The position numbers and the translations under genes are program-made. A stretch of DNA of 64,000 bases from IMG/VR virus record IMGVR_UViG_3300005611_000006; one strand, 5' to 3'. The notes under the pieces were generated by a model. That model was given only the letters and a program-made list of their open reading frames with translations. It had not been told where the DNA came from and ran no database searches. Source of the stretch: a virus (Duplodnaviria; Caudoviricetes). This document shows, one piece after another, positions 57,206 to 64,000 of this stretch (positions within the stretch are counted from its first letter, which is position 1; each line of letters opens with the position of its first letter).

Positions 57206-58233
57206 AAGTAGCAATACTAACTGATACTCACTATAATTTTAAGAAGGGAAATAAAGTTTTTCACGATTATTTTGAGATGTTTTATAAAAATATTTTCTTT
57301 CCAACTATAGAGGAAAGAAATATTGATACTATAATTCATCTTGGAGATATTTTTGATAATAGAAAATCTACTGATTATTGGAGCATTGAATGGTCTAGAA
57401 GAGTTATTTTCGATCCCCTTAAGAAATATAATGTCCACGCAATAGTTGGAAATCATGATATATTTTATAAAAATACTAATGACTTAAATAGTCCTTACTT
57501 ATTATTAAAAGACTATTCAAATATTGAAGTATATTCAAAACCTAAAGAAGTTGTTTTAGATAATCTAAAAATTCTTTTTGTACCTTGGATATCTACAGAT
57601 CAAGAAAACGAATCTATAGATATAATTGAATCTACATCATCTAAAGTTGCGATGGGTCATCTTGAACTTGGTGGATTTCACGTTTTTAAGGGACATATTC
57701 AAGAACCAACTAAATTTGATGAATATTTTAAAAAATTTGAAAAAGTTTTTTCCGGACATTATCATACAAGAAGTGATAATGATAAAGTTTTTTATATAGG
57801 AAATCCTTATCAAATGTTTTGGAATGATTATAAAGATGAAAGAGGATTCGTTATATTTGATACTAATACTTTAAGTGTAGAATATATCAATAATCCATAC
57901 GAAATTTTTAAAGTAATACATTATGATGAAGATAATATTCCTAATGATCTTAGTGAATATAAAAACTGTGTAGTAAAATTGATAATAAAAAATAGAACTG
58001 ATCAGAAAAAGTACGAAAAGTTTTTTGATAAATTGTATAAAGAAAATCCTTATGAATTAAAAGTAATTGAAAATATAGAGATAAAAAAAGATTTTGATGA
58101 GGAGCAATTTTTAAATACAGAAGATACTTTATATCTACTAAAAAAATATGTAGATGAATCTGAAATTCAGTTAAATAAGAAAAAGATTAAAAATCTTATC
58201 AATTCAATTTATCAAGAATCATTTCAGATATAA
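57202..58233 (+). CDS. gp47: recombination endonuclease subunit gp47 (Mre11/SbcD-like)
   Basis: TDTH, HLGD.FD, GNHD and SGHYH phosphoesterase motifs. Confidence 0.96.
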   Translation: MKVAILTDTHYNFKKGNKVFHDYFEMFYKNIFFPTIEERNIDTIIHLGDIFDNRKSTDYWSIEWSRRVIFDPLKKYNVHAIVGNHDIFYKNTNDLNSPYLLLKDYSNIEVYSKPKEVVLDNLKILFVPWISTDQENESIDIIESTSSKVAMGHLELGGFHVFKGHIQEPTKFDEYFKKFEKVFSGHYHTRSDNDKVFYIGNPYQMFWNDYKDERGFVIFDTNTLSVEYINNPYEIFKVIHYDEDNIPNDLSEYKNCVVKLIIKNRTDQKKYEKFFDKLYKENPYELKVIENIEIKKDFDEEQFLNTEDTLYLLKKYVDESEIQLNKKKIKNLINSIYQESFQI

Positions 58234-58235
58234 TA

Positions 58236-58517
58236 ATGTTTATACTTACTGTTAATGGAAATAGTTTAGAAGGTGTATTTTCAGTTGCTAATGAAGATAA
58301 AGAAAAAGTTCTTTTAATATTTGTTGAAGAAGATGATGCATCAAGATATTTAATGATGTTAGAAGAACTTGGATATATTGGTATAGAAGTTACAGAGGTT
58401 GATCCTGAAGTAGCAATTTTAACCTGTGAGCATTTCAATTATCAGTATGCTATAATTACTCCTAATGAATTAGTTATTCCACCAAATTATGATTATATTT
58501 CAAAAGCTAAAGTATAA
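58236..58517 (+). CDS. conserved hypothetical protein
   Basis: F.EEDDA.RY..ML...IITPNELVIPP; lies between gp47 and gp46. Confidence 0.8.
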   Translation: MFILTVNGNSLEGVFSVANEDKEKVLLIFVEEDDASRYLMMLEELGYIGIEVTEVDPEVAILTCEHFNYQYAIITPNELVIPPNYDYISKAKV

Positions 58518-60207
58518 AAATTTCTTAAGTTCTGGAAACTATTGGACGGATATAAACTTCACTAAACATAGATCAACATTAGTTGTTGGTCAAAATGGTG
58601 CAGGAAAAAGCACAATGCTTGATGCATTAACTTTTGTTCTTTTCAATAAACCATTTAGAAAAATTAATAAATCTCAATTAGTAAACACTGTAAATGAAAA
58701 AGAATGTTATGTTGAAATTACTTTTACTATAGGAAGCGAAGAATATAAAATAGTTCGTGGAATTAAACCTAATATTTTTGAAATATACAAAAATGGAAAA
58801 ATATTTGATAAGTTAGCATCTTCTGTAGACCAACAAAAACTTCTAGAGCAAAATATATTAAAGTTAAATTATAAGTCATTTACACAAATTGTAATTCTTG
58901 GATCATCTAATTTTGTTCCTTTTATGCAATTGTCTCTTCAGAGTCGTAGAGAGGTTGTTGAAGATATCTTAGATATTAAAGTTTTTTCTTCAATGAATGA
59001 AACTGCAAAAGTATATTTGAAAGAAGTTAAAGATAAGATTAAGCAATTAACATATAAAAAAGATAATATAGAATATAAAATAGAAACTCAAAATAAACTA
59101 ATAGAAAAACTTGATAAAGCAGAGAGCAATTTTGTAGATGATAAGAAGAATAAAATTAGAGAGTTAGAAATTGAAAAAAATAAAATAAGGGATATTATAG
59201 ATAAAATAATTTCTAAAGTTGAAGATTTGAATAGTATATCTGTAAATTATTCTGATTCTATTTCAAGGTTAAAAAAGTTTGAATCTCTTAAGGGTAAAAT
59301 ACAACAAAAAATTTCATCTATAGTTAATGACCATAAATTTTTTACTGATAATACGGTTTGCCCTACCTGCAAGCAAAACATTGATGAAGATTTTAGATTA
59401 AATAAAATTGAAGAAACTCAAAGTAGTGCAAAAGAACTTCAAAAAGGTTTCAAAGATTTAGAACTAGCTATTAAAAATGAAGAAGAGAGGGAAGAAAAAT
59501 TTACTTCAATATCAAAAGAAATTATTTCTTTAAATAATGATATATCTAAAAAAAATACTACTATTTCTGAGTATGAAAAACAGATCGTATCATTACAATC
59601 GGAAATTCAAGCTATTATCGAAAACACTGAAGAGAGAGATATTGAAATAAAAAAAATACAATCTCTTAAATCTGAATATGAAAATTGTTTTAATGAAATT
59701 TCTTCAAACAAAGAAGAATTGATAAATTATGAGTTTATTATTTCTTTATTGAAAGATGACGGTGCTAAAACAAAAATTATAGATAAGTATTTACCTTTAA
59801 TTAATCATAATTTGAATAAGTATCTAGATTTATTGGAGTTTTCAATTAATTTTACATTAGATGAAGAATTTAATGAAAAAGCTTTAAATCCAATTTATGA
59901 AGATTTTTCATATTCTTCTTTTAGCGAAGGTGAAAAGATGAGAATTGATTTGTCACTTTTATTCACTTGGAGAGAAATTGCAAAAGTAAAAAATTCCACA
60001 AATACAAATTTATTAATACTTGATGAAATTTTTGATAGTTCTCTTGATGACTTTGGTACAGATAATTTTACAAAGATTATTCGTTATGTTGTTGAAAAGT
60101 CAAACGTTTTTGTAATATCTCATAAAAGAGAAGAACTTGAAGAAAAATTTGAAAATACTCTAAAGTTTGAGAAACAAAAAGGATTTAGTATGTTATCTTC
60201 TAATTAA
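58489..60207 (+). CDS. gp46: recombination ATPase subunit gp46 (Rad50/SbcC-like)
   Basis: GQNGAGKST Walker A, CPTC hook, FSEGEK signature and LILDE. Confidence 0.97.
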   Translation: MIIFQKLKYKNFLSSGNYWTDINFTKHRSTLVVGQNGAGKSTMLDALTFVLFNKPFRKINKSQLVNTVNEKECYVEITFTIGSEEYKIVRGIKPNIFEIYKNGKIFDKLASSVDQQKLLEQNILKLNYKSFTQIVILGSSNFVPFMQLSLQSRREVVEDILDIKVFSSMNETAKVYLKEVKDKIKQLTYKKDNIEYKIETQNKLIEKLDKAESNFVDDKKNKIRELEIEKNKIRDIIDKIISKVEDLNSISVNYSDSISRLKKFESLKGKIQQKISSIVNDHKFFTDNTVCPTCKQNIDEDFRLNKIEETQSSAKELQKGFKDLELAIKNEEEREEKFTSISKEIISLNNDISKKNTTISEYEKQIVSLQSEIQAIIENTEERDIEIKKIQSLKSEYENCFNEISSNKEELINYEFIISLLKDDGAKTKIIDKYLPLINHNLNKYLDLLEFSINFTLDEEFNEKALNPIYEDFSYSSFSEGEKMRIDLSLLFTWREIAKVKNSTNTNLLILDEIFDSSLDDFGTDNFTKIIRYVVEKSNVFVISHKREELEEKFENTLKFEKQKGFSMLSSN

Positions 60208-60213
60208 GACTAC

Positions 60214-60242
60214 TTGACAATAAAATTTAAATAGTATAAAAT
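60214..60242 (+). promoter_or_regulatory. sigma70-type promoter
   Basis: TTGACA-N17-TAAAAT. Confidence 0.65.
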
Positions 60243-60266
60243 TAATTTGAGGTTGAATATTTAATT

Positions 60267-60602
60267 ATGTCTGAAAACTTGGATTCTTTTACATTAAAAA
60301 GTAATAATCTTTGGAAATATGAAGAAGATAAAACTTTAAAAGAAATAGCAAATTATATCACAGAAACGTATAAAGGTCACTATACTTCTCAAGAATCTAA
60401 GACTCAAACACTTGATTTGATTGAAAGTATCGGTGATGCGGAACCATTTTGCAGGAGCAATGCAATCAAATATCTTTCTAGGTTTGGTAAAAAGAATGGT
60501 AAGTCAAGACTTGACATTCTTAAAGTGATTCACTACTGTGTTCTTCTTTACCACTTCTCTGGTCTACATAAAAAAACTACTGATAATTATGAAACTTTCT
60601 GA
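60267..60602 (+). CDS. DUF3310-like protein
   Basis: HY...QTLDLI...FC.SNAIKY.SR.GKK.G....DI.K..HY. Confidence 0.75.
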   Translation: MSENLDSFTLKSNNLWKYEEDKTLKEIANYITETYKGHYTSQESKTQTLDLIESIGDAEPFCRSNAIKYLSRFGKKNGKSRLDILKVIHYCVLLYHFSGLHKKTTDNYETF

Positions 60603-61254
60603 ACAAACTATCAAACTTCTTGAAAACTTTTCTACAATTAATGAATCTATTCTGATTAAAAGTGGAAATAGGATTCGTACTATTTCCGTTATGAAAAATA
60701 TTTTTGCGGAAGCAGAGGTTCAAGAACAATTTCCAAGAGATTTTGCAATTTATGAATTGAAGCAATTTTTAAATGGTCTCTCACTTCACGATGATCCTGA
60801 TCTAGATTTCACAAACGAATCTTATCTTCTAATTAAAGAAGGTAAGCGTTTGGTTAAGTATTATTTTGCAGATCCTGAGATTATTGTTGCTCCACCGGAT
60901 AAGGAAATTTGCTTGAATTCAAAGGATGTTTGTTTTCAAGTAGAGCATTCACAACTTTCTAAACTTATGAAAGCAGCATCTGTTTATCAACTACCAGATC
61001 TTACAGTATCTGGAGAAGATGGAAGTATTAGACTTTTGGTTCGTGATAAGAAGAATAGTAGTTCTACTGAATACTCTATTTTGGTTGGCGAAACTTCTGA
61101 AGAGTTTACTTTGAATTATAAAATTGAGAATATGAAGATGATTCCCGGATCTTATGATGTAGTAATTTCTTCAGACTTGCTTTCTGAATTTAAAAGTTCT
61201 AAATTTGATTTGAAATATTACATCGCTCTTGAATCCGATTCTACATTCGGATAA
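60589..61254 (+). CDS. gp45: sliding clamp gp45
   Basis: MKLS..T..LL.NFS.IN.SI, FP.DFAIY.L..FL and YYIALE. Start moved to ATG 60589. Confidence 0.95.
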   Translation: MKLSEQTIKLLENFSTINESILIKSGNRIRTISVMKNIFAEAEVQEQFPRDFAIYELKQFLNGLSLHDDPDLDFTNESYLLIKEGKRLVKYYFADPEIIVAPPDKEICLNSKDVCFQVEHSQLSKLMKAASVYQLPDLTVSGEDGSIRLLVRDKKNSSSTEYSILVGETSEEFTLNYKIENMKMIPGSYDVVISSDLLSEFKSSKFDLKYYIALESDSTFG

Positions 61255-61288
61255 GTCAAAAATTTACTTCAAACTTGATTAATTTATT

Positions 61289-62233
61289 ATGAGAAATGAT
61301 TTTTTGTGGGTGGAAAAGTATTCCCCCAAAAAAATTGAAGATTGTATTCTTCCCGAAAGCACTAAAAAGACATTTCAAGATTTTGTAGATAAGGGAGAGA
61401 TCTCAAATCTTTTACTTGCTGGTCCTCCCGGAATTGGAAAAACTACTGTAGCTAAAGCACTTTGTAATGAACTAGGAGCAGATTATTATGTCATCAATGG
61501 ATCCGATGAAGGTAGATTTTTGGACACGGTTAGAAACCAAGCAAAGAACTTTGCTTCGACCGTATCAATTCAAGCAACTTCTAAACACAAAGTCATCATC
61601 ATTGACGAGGCAGATAACACGGGGAACGACGTACAACTCCTCCTACGGGCAAATATTGAGGCATTTTATAACAATTGCAGATTCATCTTCACCTGCAATT
61701 ACAAAAACAAAATCATTGAACCTCTTCACAGCAGATGTGCAGTTGTCGAGTTTGGCATCAGATCAAAAGACAAACCAAAGATCGCAGCAAAGTTCTTTGA
61801 GAGGCTCAAAGAGATCTTGGATAAAGAAAAAGTTGAAGCAGACGATAAAGTTCTTGTTCAATTAATCAATAAGCATTTTCCTGACTGGAGAAGAGTACTC
61901 AATGAATGTCAGAGGTACTCTGTTTCAGGAAAAATTGATTCAGCAATTCTTGCAACTTTTTCTGATGTAAAGATTGATGACATTATCAAACATCTTAAAA
62001 CTAAAAACTTTACAGATGTACGTAAATGGGTAATAGCACACCTAGATAATGATTCTGGATCATTACTAAGGATGGTTTATGACGGTCTATACCAACACCT
62101 AGATGGTCCTAGCATTGCTGCTTGTGTACTTATTGTATCAAAGTATCAATATCAATCTGCTTTCGTTGCAGACCAAGAGATCAACCTTCTTGCTGCTTTA
62201 ACGGAAATTATGTGTGAGTGTAATTTCAAATGA
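61289..62233 (+). CDS. gp44: clamp loader large subunit gp44
   Basis: LWVEKY.P, GPPGIGKTT, IIDEAD and PLHSRC. Confidence 0.97.
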   Translation: MRNDFLWVEKYSPKKIEDCILPESTKKTFQDFVDKGEISNLLLAGPPGIGKTTVAKALCNELGADYYVINGSDEGRFLDTVRNQAKNFASTVSIQATSKHKVIIIDEADNTGNDVQLLLRANIEAFYNNCRFIFTCNYKNKIIEPLHSRCAVVEFGIRSKDKPKIAAKFFERLKEILDKEKVEADDKVLVQLINKHFPDWRRVLNECQRYSVSGKIDSAILATFSDVKIDDIIKHLKTKNFTDVRKWVIAHLDNDSGSLLRMVYDGLYQHLDGPSIAACVLIVSKYQYQSAFVADQEINLLAALTEIMCECNFK

Positions 62234-62394
62234 AAAAGAAAACAACACCACAAAATGTAGAAGAAGCAAATAGAGGTTTGTTTACTTCTACAATGAATTT
62301 ACCTGAAGCTGCTGAGCATTGTGGAATGACTCAAAAAGAAATGAAAATGACTTTTAGAGAATTTTTAAAATACAATAAATCTGATTGGATTTGA
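62230..62394 (+). CDS. small HTH-like protein (54 aa)
   Basis: Translated by hand (...MNLPEAAEHCGMTQKEMKMTFREF); ATGA overlap with gp44. Confidence 0.7.
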   Translation: MKKKTTPQNVEEANRGLFTSTMNLPEAAEHCGMTQKEMKMTFREFLKYNKSDWI

Positions 62395-62396
62395 TT

Positions 62397-63005
62397 ATGA
62401 AAGGGATTGAAATTTTGGATGAAATTTTAACGGAAATGAATATCATTCAGGAAGAATATAAGCAAATATTGTATTATTATGTTTATGCAATTTTCTTTCC
62501 GAATGGTAATTTTTACATAGGGTCTCGTCAGTGCAAATGCAAACCGGATGAAGATAAAAAATACACTGGTTCCTATAAAGATAAAAGCAATGGTGATGGT
62601 AAAAAGATCATTTTAAAAACTTTTTCTAATGAAAATGAAATGACTTTTTATGAGACAAATTTAATTCAAAAATTTAAATCGTATTCAATTTGCATTAATG
62701 CAAATTCGTCTCCGCGAGTTTGTACTAATATTAACTTTAATAATGAAGTTTTTAAAACATCTGATCTGGCGAATATTTATGGATATACAAGTTCATCAAC
62801 ACTTTCTAATTGGTGTGTAATTGCTGAAGTTAATAGATTTAGGATGGGAAAATACTTTTATATGAATAATGAAGATAAACTAAAACTTGATGAGTTATCA
62901 AATTTTATTAAATCTGGATATACTTATGAGGATTATCTTAAAACTAAAGGTAAATCAAATGAAGAAATTAAAAGTATCCTTTCAAAAGTAAAGGGTTTAA
63001 ATTGA
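62397..63005 (+). CDS. GIY-YIG (Seg-like) endonuclease with a C-terminal HTH-like region
   Basis: YVY...FYIGSR...YTGS...E..LI...IN, then TSDLANIYGYTSSSTLSNW. Confidence 0.7.
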   Translation: MKGIEILDEILTEMNIIQEEYKQILYYYVYAIFFPNGNFYIGSRQCKCKPDEDKKYTGSYKDKSNGDGKKIILKTFSNENEMTFYETNLIQKFKSYSICINANSSPRVCTNINFNNEVFKTSDLANIYGYTSSSTLSNWCVIAEVNRFRMGKYFYMNNEDKLKLDELSNFIKSGYTYEDYLKTKGKSNEEIKSILSKVKGLN

Positions 63006-63052
63006 CTATCTCTTGGTTTTTTATCTTAAACTTCCCTATCGTAAACCTGATT

Positions 63053-63886
63053 ATGAAATCACTAAAGACTCCCCTTAGATATCCTGGTGGAAAGAGTAGA
63101 GCACTAACTAAATTATCCCAGTTTCTTCCAGATATTTCCAATTATAATGAATTTAGAGAACCATTTGTTGGCGGAGGTTCTGTAGCAATCTATGTTACTA
63201 AAATGTATCCAGATATTCCTATTTGGGTTAATGATTTATATGAACCTCTTTATAACTTTTGGGTACAACTACAGGTAAACTCTAATGAAATTAGGTCTAA
63301 ACTTGTACAACTTAAACAAAGGCACCCTGACCCTAGTTCAGCGAAATTTCTTTTCTTGGAATCTAAAGAGTATCTTTCTCAAGAACCCAGAAAATGTGAT
63401 GCTACGTCTCGTGCTATCTCTTTTTATATTGCTAACAAGTGCTCTTTTTCTGGTCTCACTGAGTCCTCATCCTTTTCTTCCGAAGCATCTGAATCAAACT
63501 TCTCAATGCGAGGAATAGAAAAACTACCAGAGTACTCTAAAATAATTAAGAATTGGAAGATTACCAATTTTTCTTATGAACAATTACTTACAAACGATAG
63601 TAGAACTTTCGTTTATCTTGATCCTCCTTACGACATTCGGGATTCTTTATATGGTCATAAGGGCAATATGCATAAAGGATTTGATCATGATAAGTTTGCT
63701 GAAAATTGCAATAGTTTTCGGTGTCCTATTCTTATCTCTTACAACAATGACGATAAAGTAATTGATAGGTTTACTGATTGGAAAACTGCTGAGTTTTCTC
63801 ATACTTATACAATGAGATCAGTTGGAACATATAATAAAGATCAGCAGGAAAGAAAGGAATTAGTTTTATTAAATTATGATCTATGA
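63053..63886 (+). CDS. dam: DNA adenine methylase (Dam/D12 class)
   Basis: LRYPGGKS, EPFVGGGSV, VND and YLDPPY. Confidence 0.92.
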   Translation: MKSLKTPLRYPGGKSRALTKLSQFLPDISNYNEFREPFVGGGSVAIYVTKMYPDIPIWVNDLYEPLYNFWVQLQVNSNEIRSKLVQLKQRHPDPSSAKFLFLESKEYLSQEPRKCDATSRAISFYIANKCSFSGLTESSSFSSEASESNFSMRGIEKLPEYSKIIKNWKITNFSYEQLLTNDSRTFVYLDPPYDIRDSLYGHKGNMHKGFDHDKFAENCNSFRCPILISYNNDDKVIDRFTDWKTAEFSHTYTMRSVGTYNKDQQERKELVLLNYDL

Positions 63887-64000
63887 ATTGAAAGATTGGT
63901 TGAATTCTATCAATCAAACAAAGAAAAACTTGATGGATGAAAATCCTTTATCTGAAAAAGAATACTCTCCATTTGTAATAAACAAGTGTTTATCTGGACA
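63876..64000 (+). CDS. gp62: clamp loader small subunit gp62 (3'-truncated)
   Basis: Translated by hand (MIYELKDWLNSINQTKKNLM...EYSPFVINKCLS); gene order. Confidence 0.85.
   Translation, partial: MIYELKDWLNSINQTKKNLMDENPLSEKEYSPFVINKCLSG

Noticed and set aside
42944-62233. Introns or inteins in gp17, gp20, gp23, uvsW, gp46 or gp44
   Set aside because: The ORFs are continuous and of normal length, and no intein splice motifs were seen.
12-63761. Minus-strand ORFs and short out-of-frame plus-strand ORFs nested in larger genes
   Set aside because: They are shadows of well-supported plus-strand genes, with no RBS or recognisable motifs.

Overview
This is an AT-rich segment of a T4-like cyanomyophage genome, with essentially all real genes on the + strand. 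(1) 1-12.2 kb is an early/accessory region of about 35 small ORFs and six tRNAs (Ser, Val, Pro, Asn, Leu, Thr). It also holds a probable pseudoknotted ncRNA, a compact PD-(D/E)xK nuclease plus N6-adenine methyltransferase pair, an SF2 helicase and a DUF2786-like protein. Twelve copies of a 22-bp palindromic element (GTGCCA-N10-TGGCAC consensus) divide this region into cassettes. In 11 of the 12 copies a -10 box starts 30-31 nt after the end of the element, usually preceded by a hairpin of variable sequence. (2) 12.2-13.1 kb is non-coding and origin-like, with tandem repeats, three cyanobacterial-type DnaA boxes, divergent sigma70 promoters, a 15-bp inverted repeat and A-tracts. (3) 13.1-54.3 kb has a glycosyltransferase-like gene and an ATP-grasp-like gene, then the structural module (gp25, 6, 7-like, 8, VrlC-like, 13-23, 3). 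(4) 54.3-64 kb is the recombination/replication module (uvsY, uvsW, gp55, 47, 46, 45, 44, a GIY-YIG-like endonuclease, dam, partial gp62). All product calls come from recognising motifs and gene order by eye. No database searches were run.
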